A DNA stretch of 64,000 nt from Camelus ferus. Lineage: Eukaryota. Below the pieces are notes generated by a model. It searched no databases, was not told the DNA's origin, and saw nothing but the letters and a program-made list of their open reading frames with translations. Below are positions 14,356-26,700 of this stretch, piece after piece. A program made the position numbers and the translations under genes. How positions within the stretch are numbered: the first letter of the stretch is position 1; every line of letters begins with the position of its first letter. The stretch is from assembly GCF_009834535.1 (NCBI RefSeq), contig NC_045697.1:92258001-92322000 (forward strand), in the 5' to 3' direction.

Positions 14356-16584
14356 GTTACAGGGCCAGGAATATCCTATTAAAAACACGAGAGGCAGAGA
14401 GGTTTCTGGGAAAGAAAGCAAGTTTTCACTGTAATCAGATGTTGGATTGAATTTCTCCTCCACATAGAGCTGAATATTTTGGGGTAAGCAATATAACTTT
14501 CAGTATGTTTCTAGGTGTGAATATTGAGGAACCAAATTACAGTCCCATATTTGCTTATCGGGACTTTGACTTTAAGTTAGAAGCCATAAAGCTTCCTAAT
14601 TTAATGTGTGAGTACATCCTTATAGAGTAAATAAAACAAGCTGTTCAGTTGAGATGAAAACCTTTATATGCCGAAAAGAACATAGATTATTATGTTAAGA
14701 ATAAGGCTCATAATTTAAAATGAAAGTTTAGTACAATATCAGTAAAAAACCCAAAGTATCTACTTATTTTATGGTTATAAGAGAATACTGAAATTAAGAA
14801 GGTGTTCATTAATTTGTCCCATATCATCTGCTTAGTTTTCACTTCTTTTGTCCACATGCATTTGAATTTTTACTTACATTAAATGAAGAAAGTCCATATT
14901 ATCAGCATGGATCATTATGTATCTAGATTGTAAATGGCATTTAAAAAGTAACTATTTTGTTTGCACATGCAGAGCGATAAACTCCCCAGTTAGGTTCATA
15001 ATAGTCACTCAGTATTTATACTGCAAGTAATTTGATCTTTTTTTGAAATTTAAAATAAATTTACTTTTATAGGGTAAAATAGCTTTGAACTGGCTATTAA
15101 TCTGAAATTGTAACTGATTTTTATTGTGCTTACCAAGTAGCAAAGTTTCAGTTACCTCGATTGCTGTATTTTGCCAAACATTTTTTTAACCTATTCTTTT
15201 GTATATGAAAATGATATGATTTACCCACTGTGAGTAGAAAAGCTTCAAGTTATTATTATATTATTCGTAATGAATTTACAATAAGCATCCAACCTCCCAC
15301 ACCGAGACCCCTGGTGATCAGCTGAATGCATTTACTGGATCACCAGCTGAGATTACAAGGTGTAATCTGTGGCTAGGGATCAAAGATTACTCTGTGAAAA
15401 TTTAATTTACCCTTACGGGGATCAAAAGCTCATTAATACTCCATTCTTTCCAACTGAGCTAAAAGCTTGAAGCAATTAGTATTTGAAAAAATATTTTCTT
15501 TCATTAATTTATTTTTTCACTATGTTATCTGTGTTGGTTCCCTTTTAAGTATTGATAGGGTATATTTTAAAATAGAAATGTATGGGCTATATCTTAGGTT
15601 TTGTTGTTGTTGTTATTGTTTTGGATTACTATTCCCTAACAACTTTTATTCCCTAACAATTTATACAACAACTTAACAGCAACAACGAAAAAGTAGCATC
15701 TAGGTGTTCATTTCATCTGCTTTCCAAATGAAGTGACCAAACACTTCAAGAGGGTCTATATTTTTCCTGCAAGGAAGAAGTGAGAAAACATTTTTAATCA
15801 TTAACACAAGAGAGTTTTGCCACTTCTCAGTGATGAAGACATTGTGTACTAGCTGCTTTAGCCTGAAGGCAGTTTATTAGTTACACAGGTGTGTTAGAAA
15901 TACGGCTCCTGGCAGTGTTTAACATGGCTAGTGAATGAGTAAGTGCAGTTTTTATATACTTCACCAAGGCATTACGTTATTCTTACCAATTATTACATGC
16001 AAATAAAATATAAATCTGTGTGATTATACAGTATCTTTTATATCCAAACGTTATTCATAAAGAAAATATTCATGATGGTAAATATTGGTGGCAAACAGCC
16101 AAAGACTTTTGTTTTGGTTTAAAACTCTGACATAATTTGAAATTATGATATATTACTAAGTCTCTTCATAATAATAGCATGTTGACAAATGATACTGTGA
16201 ATAGACAATCTGTAGTGCTACAAACCAAAGATTAGGGAAACTTTTGTATAATGAATTAGAATCATTCTTTCATTACTGTCCCTCCTTGGTAGTTCATCAA
16301 CTCTTTTGGCCCATTAATGCAATGTTGAGGATTTTCAAGTGATGGTGAAAAATAGAGTAAATAAAATTACAGTGGCTATAAGAGAGAATGTCTTTATAAA
16401 TGCTTTAGTAATACACTTCTAACACTAGTAAAATGAGAATTGAAAAAGTGGTTAATTTGTAATTAGGGCTTTTAGAAAGTAAACCTTTTTTTTTGACTAC
16501 TTTTCTTTCATGGTAGAGAATTGTAAAACATGTCTTAAGAAAAAAACATGCAACTTTGTCATCATTTTTATTTCAGTGAGCATT

Positions 16585-16855
16585 AATTTTTTTCCAGCTT
16601 TACTGAGGTACAATTGATAAATCAAGTTGTATTATTTAAAGTGTGTAACATGATGATTTTATACACTTTTTATATATCATGAAAGGAATCCATCACCCTC
16701 ATAGTTAATTCACAATACCACCACCTCACATTTATCTTTTTTAAAAATGAGAACCTTTAAAGGTCTACTCTTCTAGCAAATTTCAGTTAAATACAGCGTT
16801 ATCAGTTATAATCACCATGTTATACATTAGATCCTCAGACTTTATTTATCTTAAG
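16585..16855 (-). mobile_element. L1 3' UTR fragment (L1MA-type)
   Basis: tttttccagctttactgaggtacaattga...tctactcttctagcaaatttcag...accatgttatacattagatcctcagac. Confidence 0.85.
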
Positions 16856-17319
16856 TTGTTAGAACTTGAGATGATTAATTAAATTGGGGGCAAACTATTG
16901 ACACCATGAAGATGCTTTCCTCCTTCAGAAAAGTTTCTAAGATCTAAACTAAGTTTATTTTCATTATGTGAGGAAGCAACCTTCAGAGACAACACACTAC
17001 CTTCTGCCTTGCTCTAAGTTAACTGGAATTCATGTCTCTCTAAGACAACCCTTAACTCCTTACTTCATCTCATTTATTGAGATATCCAGGGAGACATCTA
17101 ACCCCCAGCTCTTTCTTTTGTGACACATGTTTTCAATATATTAGACTGGGAATCTCATTGATGTCAAGTGATCCTAATTCTGGTCTAAAATAAAATTAAC
17201 TTGTTTAGCTACTGGAAAAGCTATGATTTAGCCACAGCCGTGTGGCACAATTTAGAAGAAATTTCATAGCTACAATTTATTGAAGCTAGACATTGACCTA
17301 AATGCCTTACAGGCACTGC

Positions 17320-17460
17320 ATTATTTACTTCTTACAATAAGCTAATTTATCAGGTAAATAAATGCCAGTATTTACCCATTTTAGAGATGAGAAAATGGAT
17401 ATTTTGAAAGATTAAGTTATTTGCCCAAAGTTACACAACTAGTTATTGGCAGTGAGATTA
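17320..17460 (-). mobile_element. MIR SINE
   Basis: cccattttagagatgagaaaatgg...ttgcccaaagttacacaactag. Confidence 0.75.
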
Positions 17461-18400
17461 AAATATTATAAACTATGCCTTATTGTAACTACTAATATCA
17501 AATTTCCTTTTTTTTTTTTACAAACTATATTGTCCAAAATGTAATCTACGTATTTTTAATGCAGAAGGTTGACTGTAGACTTATTTTAACACTGGAGCAT
17601 TAATTTGAATATTTTAAGTAAAAGTATCTAGCATATGTATAGTTTTTACATGAAGGGAACAGAAATTAACTGTGATCCACATAAACACATATAAAATAAA
17701 AGTTTAATCTGATTATTTGAAGTAATTTTCTGCTACCTCTTATTCTTTCCTTTTGAATAAAGTAGAATGTATACACAATATAGAGAAGAAAAAATATTTT
17801 TTAAACTAGGAAATGTTCTATGTTAATTTATCTGAAAGAGTTACATTTTACTTCTTCACCACTTACTGTCTTCACTTGTCTTCAGATGAACTATTTGAAG
17901 TAAAAAATTTCACAATACCTACACATAGTAAGTACATTATAAATACTAATTAGTCAGTTGATTACATATGATCAATTAGAGTAAACATTGTGTGCCAAGT
18001 GACTGCCCAAGGAATTCTAGAAATCAGTTAACATTTTATTTAGTGCACAATGGAAAGCTTAATTATGTGTTACTGTATCATTATATCTTGGGTTATTTAT
18101 TGTGCTAATCACTAGGGTTGCAAAAATAAAAATATACAAGAATATCAAATATAGTAAGAGTTGCAAGCAAGCAAATCACCTCACAAAATTATGTACAAAG
18201 TTCAAAGGAATGATCCTGAAGGCAGTGAAGGATGTTAAAAACCTCACAGAAGAGATAATGCCACACCGAATTCCTACTCAACCTCAAAATCAGTTTGGTT
18301 TTGAGGTTGAGTAGAAACTTGGGAAGGCCATATACAATTGAAAGTTATATATATATAATTACTATGTTTTTGTGTAAAGTTATGTGGGGGGCTGGAACAT

Positions 18401-18892
18401 TGTGGTAGGCAGAATAATGACCTCCCCAAATATCCAGATCCTGGATCGTAGAACCTGTGAATGATACCTTGTAGAGCAAACAGGACTCTGAAGATGAGAT
18501 TAAATTAAAGATCTTTGGAGAAGTTACCCTGGGATACCCTTGTGAGCCTACCTGTGATTACAAGTGTCCTGATAAAAGGGAGGCAGAGGGAGATGTGACT
18601 ACAAAAGGGGAAAAAGTGATGTGATGAGGAAAACAGAAATTGGAAGATGTGTTTTGAAGATGGAGAAAGAGCACAAGTCAAGGAACACAGGCCACTGGAA
18701 GCTGAAAAAGGCAAAGTAATTGGGTTTTCCTCTCAGCCTTCAAAAGGAACCAGCCTTGCTGATAATTTGATGTCAGCTTGTGTATCTGATGATTTCAGAC
18801 TTCAGACCTCCAGAACTATAAGAGAATGAATTTATGATTTATTAATACCAGTAAGTTTGTGATAGTTACAGTGGCAATAGGAAACTAATAAA
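18401..18892 (+). mobile_element. MaLR solo LTR (MLT1D-like)
   Basis: Starts tgtggtaggcagaataatg, ends gcaataggaaactaataaa. 5-bp TSD aacat (18396-18400) / agcat (18893-18897). Confidence 0.9.
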
Positions 18893-19269
18893 AGCATGAG
18901 CTCTTACCCTGAAAAGCCTCACTTGCATCCCAAACCTGGCTCTAGCCCCAGAGGTTATCTTAGACTCACTCATCAGCGTTATAAATTTGATTGATGTTAT
19001 CATTCAGATGCTCACCTCATATATTTTATGATCTATATGCATTAAAGTCACTTCTCTTTGGTTATAGTTCAGTCTGCAACCTGACTTGGAGTTAAAAATA
19101 TGCATTTCAGTGTTCCAGGAAATACCACAGGCCCTCGGTTCTTCCTTTGGAAAATTACTGAATTCATACATAATAATGTAACTGTTTATTTCTAAGATCC
19201 TTAATGAGTCACATGCTTAGATTTGAATTTCAAAAATATAATTTTAGCATCAAGTCAGAAGAATAAAAT

Positions 19270-19880
19270 AGTGAATGAGAAGTTGGTAAGAGGACCAGTG
19301 AAAAAGAGACTAGATTACATATGGAAAAGTTTTGTCCTATGTGGGAGCAAAAGAAGACATATTCTAAAGATATTTTGGATCCAAAATCAAGTGTGTGACT
19401 GGATTATTGGGGGTTTTGGAGCCAAAGATAACTCTGACATTTATAACTTGGTCAACTGAGTCATGAGGTAACTGAGCTAGAAAATACATGTGTAGGAACA
19501 GGTATACAGATTTAAAGCTAAATGTCGATTTCTTATTGGACATCTGCATGGAGACTGATATTTAAAAATGTAAATGGAATGCAGTAGAGAAGCCAGTGTG
19601 CCTGTGTGGAGTCTGGAGATAAGTGAAGCCACCTGGAAGTCTTTGGGAATAGCATGCTTCCAAAGAGCATGGAAGGATAGAAAAGAGTTCCAGTTCCAGA
19701 ATCCTAGGAAACATAAATTGAAAACTCTGCATAAAGAAGATCCAGTGAGAGAGACTGGAAAAAAAAAAATCTAAAGGGAAAGAGCATAAAGAAATGTTGA
19801 TGGAAGGAAGAATTCTGTAGAGGTCTATCCTCTCTTGCATACCAGAGAGACAGTAGAGATAGGTGATTGCAAAGTAGTGT
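19270..19880 (-). mobile_element. L2 fragment
   Basis: Purine-rich L2-like blocks (gtctggagataag; ccagtgagagagactggaaa). Confidence 0.6.
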
Positions 19881-20804
19881 TGACATTCTGGATGAGATTA
19901 TATAATTCATAAATCTGTATTTGTTTTTCTACCAATATTTGAATTAATGGGATTAAAAAATCAAGTGTAATGGGAATATGTACTTCAAAAACGGTATGAA
20001 CTTGCAGGAATTTATAAAACGCTTCATATGCTTGCCCTTTTGTATTTTAGGGTATTTATTCTAAATTTTATGTTCTTATAATGATATGATAGTAAGTGCA
20101 TTTAAACCTGGCCCTCAATTATCATGAGGCTTAAAAATAACTCTACTAATTCTTTGTGATTAAAAAAAAAATTCTCAGCCATTTGGTTTTATAGTTTTCA
20201 TGCTTAGTGGTGGGATCTTCTCACTGACTTTTATAAATAAAATGCTATTATGGTTTCTGGTTAGAGGCTAGAAATTTTCATTCTCTGGAAAATTAAATTA
20301 AAAGAAATGAAACACATTTATATACACTAGAAACAAGGATACCAGTTGATCTGTGAAATGTGAAGTTTCTGATGCAATCATGAAGAAAAAGACATTTAGA
20401 AAGGAAAATGTTGTCTACCTTTGAGTGCCCTTTTAACTTGGTCATGATGTCACTGTGGTTATTACTCCTAAGTAGTAAGGTTATTAATTTCCATTTGAAT
20501 AAAAATAAGGAGCTAGACTTGTTTGTATGAAATCAGAAGGCATTCTAAAATTCACATTTTCCTACTTCATATTTCATAGATAAGGAGATTATTTGATTTG
20601 ATCAAAAGGCTAACAAAAATGACTGTTTTCCATAAGTTTTATTCACATACAGAGTTTAATTTTAGTGGACCCTACTTTTGAACTAAATATAGCCTTTCTT
20701 ACTAACCATAAGTCACTCCAAATTGAGCTGTTATAAAATATTAAATCAGTTTTAATTAATCTCCTCTAAGGGTATAAAAATGGGATATTTCTTTTCACAT
20801 TTTT

Positions 20805-20947
20805 TTTTATGCACAGTCAGTTTCCAGTGTTGAATCAACCTCTGGTGTACAGCATAATATTTCTGTCACACATATACATACATATATTCCCTTTCATATT
20901 CTTTTTCATTATAGGTTGCTACAAAACATTGACAAAAGTTCCCTGTG
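20805..20947 (-). mobile_element. Short young L1 3'-end insertion
   Basis: Perfect 16-bp TSD ttcttttcacattttt at 20789-20804 and 20948-20963, poly-T tail, TTTTT/AA site. Homologous to the elements at 48417-48915 and 50614-50771. Confidence 0.92.
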
Positions 20948-21519
20948 TTCTTTTCACATTTTTAACGTATTTATCATACCATACCTTGTATTTCCATGTA
21001 TAAAGGACTTGGATCTTATTTCCATGGCATTCTAAAGAGCCAAACATTTCTCAACACTGTTTCCTCTCCTCACCAATGATTTGGACAGTAGCAGTTCAGG
21101 GTTCATCTCAGGACATGTGGTGATTCTTTTGGAGATTTCACTATTTTTTCCATCAAAGCCCTCTTGATGCACAAGCACTGGTTATATGACTTCAGTAAGT
21201 GTCTCCTTTCTTAAGATATTTAAACATACTTTACTGAATTCGAGAATATCGATAGGTCCCAGTAGACTGGGTGGTGAATGAAGAGCACCTCTCTTCGGCT
21301 TCCAAGAAAGTTTTATAAAGATGTTTGGTTTCCTTCTCTGACTTACTTTCTGATTAGATGATACACTCTGAATGGTGATGGTCCTGTCCCTGCCTATGAT
21401 GGGGACGATTGGCTGCTAGTTTGTTGTGATGGCTGCTCTAAGCTGGTGTTATAGATTCTCTTCAAATCCAGGATTTGTCAGTAACTGCTCATGAAAATTT
21501 GGGGCAAAAATTATATTTT

Positions 21520-21665
21520 GTGTACATCACTTGTCATTTGTAAATGGGGATGGTAGTACTTATGCATGAGTAGTTTAGAGGTTTCTGAAAAAAAGTGAAA
21601 ATAAAGTGCTTAACACACAGCCTAAGTTAACAACAGGCATTTAGTAAGTAATAGCTATACAAATT
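21520..21665 (+). mobile_element. MIR SINE
   Basis: tcatttgtaaatggggatgg...aaagtgcttaacacacagcct. Confidence 0.65.
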
Positions 21666-22829
21666 ATTATGTAATGATATGTACATTACATGTTATATAA
21701 AATTATATATTACTAGGAATTTATGCAAATGTAGGCCTGACAAGTTAATCATGGAGGAAGCCTCCTTTATTTCTCACTATGATGCTTTTTAATCTTCTAC
21801 GCCCAACACCTGGCATATCTGAGGACAGAAACATAGTAAAGGCTTTTATGATTGGGTCAGTTGACTATTTTGATTCTACTTTCATAGCATATAATACAGT
21901 ATTCTGATATCCCACCTTTTTAAATGCAAACTTTGGGAATGATTTCAGCAGTTAAAGAAAAAGAAAAGGCTGGATGTATGGTAACATCTTTAGGTTCATG
22001 TATTATCAGCTGAAGTCTACAGATAATTGAGCACAATTTATGTGCCAGAAAAGGTTGCAGGCACTAATATGCTGAGTGTTCTGTGAATTAAGTCACCATC
22101 ACTTGAAATTAAAATCTCTTAATGTAATAGTATAGACTGGCCTACCGTCATTAACAGTTACTAAGGAAATTTACAATTCACCCTCATGAAAGAGAGAAGA
22201 AAATACTATTGAGCACTTATAATGAGCTATGTATTTTCATTTATAATATCTCCATTAACTTATTTATTAAAAACTGTAATATGATATTTTATACATTAGA
22301 TGAAGTAACAGAAAATCATAGAAGTTAATAAACTTTTCCAAAATTGGACACATAAATGAATAGTGTACCTGGAATTCTTCCCAATATAATATTTCAAGTT
22401 TTAGGCATAAAAAAATTAACATAACCAAATTAAAATATGAATTTGTTATTACTCATTTTATATGCATAAAATGCTTGTTGCCAATTCATGACTGTTAGAA
22501 AATAGAATCAAACAGTTGGGTATTAGAGGTAGAAAATGTTTTGCAGGGAGAGATATAATCTTTCATATCTCTTTTCTTTTTCTCCTTTTTTGTAACTTCT
22601 ATTAAGAGGAATTAGGAAAACAGGATTTTAAGATGTTTATCAGATTTCTAAATGATACCTTATGTCTCAAGAAATGACAAGGCCTTAGAAATTCTAAAAT
22701 GTGTTATTAAATACAAATGCATCATAATTAGTAGTGTAACAAAATCATGCTCCTGATTTTGCATATTCTAAGAGAGTGATTTTTTCTTGGCATTATAAAG
22801 TCTACTTAGAGATTTATGTTATAAGACAC

Positions 22830-23010
22830 AAATTTTTAGTTTCAGTTCTTCCACTAACTCCAACTTGGTGACTTAGAAAATTATTATCACTACAGCCCCT
22901 GCTTCTCTATTGAAAATATTAATAATAATGTTCTACCTCACCAAAAGAATAAATTACTAAAATATGGTAAAAATTCTTTTGAGCATTAAGATTATAAAAA
23001 GTAAAGTTTG
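22830..23010 (+). mobile_element. MIR SINE, degenerate
   Basis: cagttcttccactaactcc...gtgacttagaaaattatt...ctacctcac. Confidence 0.55.
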
Positions 23011-23749
23011 GGGTGTTAATATAATCTAAGCCTACTGAATTTCAAGTTTTATGAAACTTTTTTTATTGAAAAACTATTGTGGATAATGTAAAGTATTTCA
23101 CTGAAGCAGTAATGTTATTTTAGTATTCAGTGATAGTATTAAAAGACTTAGCATTGCCTAACCACAGTTCCTTGTTCCATAAAAGGATGAGCATCTTTCC
23201 TTTATTTTTTAGTACTCTTTTAAAAAGCACTACTCACACGCTGAATTTTTTTTCAAGGCTAAAGAAAAAAATCCTAATGGAAAAGTGAAATCTCAACTTC
23301 TTGGCCTGAAACCATGTAACACTGTTTTTCAGATGGGAAAAAAGGAAGAGCAAAAAATGTGATGAACCCTTAATACTATAAGCTTCTCTAACTGAGATGT
23401 GGTGGTAATTGCTTTTTATTTTTTTGTAACATCTCCTGGAAATGGTAATACTTTCAAGTGAGGATCAAAGAGAATGACCTACATAAGAAATAGATTGCAA
23501 CATGTAGTTACATTTTTCATCCTTTGTAATATGCTTCTTGCGTCTACACTTCTAATAAGAAACACAGCATAATGCTCATCATTTTTTGAAATGAGTTGTC
23601 ACTAAAGTCAGATGGGATACTTGGAAACTAGAAAAAAGTATGATTTGGACCAAGTTGTTAATGCCAACCGATGGATCACTAGGTCAATCAGTCTCACATA
23701 ACAGCCTTGTACATTTAAAGGAAATGGACCAGAAATTCTGAAATAATAA

Positions 23750-23775
23750 ATATATATATATATATATATATATAT
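23750..23775. repeat. (TA)n microsatellite with adjacent degenerate TA/CA-rich tract
   Basis: Directly visible. Confidence 0.95.
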
Positions 23776-26700
23776 TTGAATTTTGCATATGTATATATTA
23801 TGTGTATTTTGTACATGTATATACTATGTACACAAATTTTTGAATTTTGTGTCTATATATACATATACACATATAAAATATATATACACACAGAGATTAT
23901 AATCTATTTCTGATGCTATGTGTATGTGTATGTCTCATCAGAAATACCTAACAGATTCATTAAAAACAAAATGATACTGTTTTTAAGATTAAAAACAAAT
24001 TTAATTCACAAATTTTTATTGTTTTTCCAGCCTCAAATATAGCCAATTAGGCAGTGTACCTCAAATTATGTAGTTACTGGTAATTTTTTTGCAAGGGAAG
24101 TTGTCTCTTGCCAACTTGTCACAACGCCAAAGTTATGTAATTAGTGTTATGTTCCCTAATGTGCAAATTTTCCTAGAGGAGTAGTAACTTAAGATATTAT
24201 TAGCTGAAGTAATGCATCGTATATTTTCAATGGTGAGAGTTGCCAGAGGAGACCAGAGTTCTATGGAAAGTTTCAGTATCTAGGAATTGGTGGAGAAGGA
24301 ATTCAGTGGTACCAGGAAAAAGGCAAATCACCTAATTCACAAATTTTTAGCAAGGGCTCCTTTCTTCCACTGATAAATAAAAAATAACTGACACTATAAT
24401 ATTTCTTAAAAAATGATGTGGTCATCTTCTGATACCATTTGTAAAAGTCCTTGGTAACAGAAGAAGATGAAAGAGAAACTATTTAGAAATTGCCCAGGTT
24501 GGGTGAGTATATTGAAAATTTCTGCATAGTCTAGATGTAGGCTTCTAGAGCCCTTTCAGGGAGGCTACTATGAGCTGTTGGATTTCTGCCAACATGCACT
24601 TAACAGTTTTGGGATGAGCATAAAGGGCTATAAAGATCCAAAAGGAAATAGAAATGGATTAGTTAATATGCCTGCAATAAAGGGAAATGCTTCAATAAAG
24701 AGATAGCTGCATTTTATTTTACGTAACAGATTTATCTATTCCATAGAGTTTGATAGATATTTCTTAAATATCTGTTATTGAATCTTATTTGTCTTATAAC
24801 CATGATAAAAGTTTATATGCATTTCTAGTAAAAGAAGTATTGTTTCCAAGAAATCAACCTCCAATGACAAACCACTCATGTGGCTTAATAAAATGCCTAT
24901 CTGATAGAATAGTGTTCAAATAAAACATGTTTTATGTAAAATGTTGAAAAAATTACTTTCAGTTGGTACTAGTCTTGAATTTTATTTAAAAGTAAACTGA
25001 CCTCCTCACAGAGCAGAACATCCTGAATTGAAGCCTTTCAGCTTCTAGTAAAACATCTTCCTACTATTCTACTCTTCCAGACTGTTTAGATTTGCACCAT
25101 AGTGAAAGTGATATTTTTAGAAATGAATGAATCCAGTCTGACTAAATGCAGATGATAAAATCATACCATTTTTCCAAATGAAAATGCCCAAGCAAATATG
25201 AAAGTGTTCTTCACATTTATAAAAATTTAACTATTAAAGAACCTCAGAGTCTTTTTTTTTGTTATTGACATAACAGGCATTTTCGCATACATATACATAT
25301 AGGTCATATTTTCAGTAGCATTAGAAAGCCTATTTGCATTTTGGATGGTGTCTCTGGATTCTAGACCAGAATGTCAGAGCTGGAATAGATCTTAGGTATC
25401 ATGAAGTTAACCTCCTCATTTTACAGAGAGAAAAGCAAGTCTCACAGAGATACACCTGCATCCAAGGTGACTCCTATTTGTCCAGGATACAACCCACAAG
25501 CAAAGAATACATTGTAGGAAATTCATATTCAGATATGCCACTTTAAAAATGTCTATATTCCTCTCTTGCTCCTCTAGAAACACTTATTATGATACAAAAC
25601 ATTTAATAGATTTTAATTTTTAATTCTAAATCTCTTCTCCCCCATTTGTCCATTTAGACAATGGTCACATTGAAATGGTTATGAATGATGAATGATAATG
25701 AATACTTAATAAACTGTTGAAAATTATGGAACTGTAATTCCACAAAAGGTTGTTATAAAAAAAGCAGGTGGCTCATGTGGACAACAGAACCCTTGTATAT
25801 AATACTGTTGTCTAATAATTCAAAATATGCTTGTTATTTGATATAACATAAGAGTTCAAGAATAAAAATCTTTCTATTATTTATTCTGCAGTTTTAGGTT
25901 CATAAAATTGCTTACAAGAAGAGATTTTACTTTTACCAAGCCAGCATGACTACATGTTAGACACTTGGAATGTTCAAGCTCAACTTTTCAGCACATATAT
26001 CAGCAGTTTCCCTAGCAGTAAGAGTTCATAGTTTTCTTTATAAAAATTTGTTGCTTACTACCTTAAGAACACTATTAAATAGGTGAATGTAAATAATACA
26101 AACTCTTCAATGAATTTAGAGAAGTATTTAAGAGCACTTGGAGTAATGATATTGCTAAGAATGCTAAAAAGATCATATGTATATATATATATTTACTTTA
26201 GGCATATAGATGTACATTTTATTTGGTGACCAGAGCTGGAATCTGAAAAAGACTCTTCTTTCTCCATGATTTCTAAAGGCTGAGTTTAAAGTTCTCATTC
26301 ATAAGTAGGAAATAATTTATCAAGTGTGTGTTAAGCTTATTTCTCTGTTTATTTATGAGTTTGGTTGGTTATTTGTTTGTTTTACTGAAGAAAGCTTGGG
26401 TCTAGAGGAAAGAAAATATGGTAAGATTTTCTAGTATTCTCTTCATTCAGCTCTTTATGTCCAAAATCTGAAAATCTAGAGTTGTCACCAGTTAGGCCAA
26501 ACTGCAGTTACTCCAGCGTACTCACTGCTCCACGGAATAGCTGAATAGAAGGAAAGCTGTGGGTATGCGGTTCAGCAGTCCCTCAGTCAGTCAAGGGCCT
26601 TGTACCCCAAGGGTCTGATAGTGAGCATTTCAGTATCCATGCTGATTGATTGAAATAGAGCATAAAAGCTGTTGTTGCTGCCCAGAACATGATTATATAG

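Noticed and set aside
15631..15662. 17-bp tandem duplication (attccctaacaa x2)
   Set aside because: Ordinary slippage duplication with no further structure.
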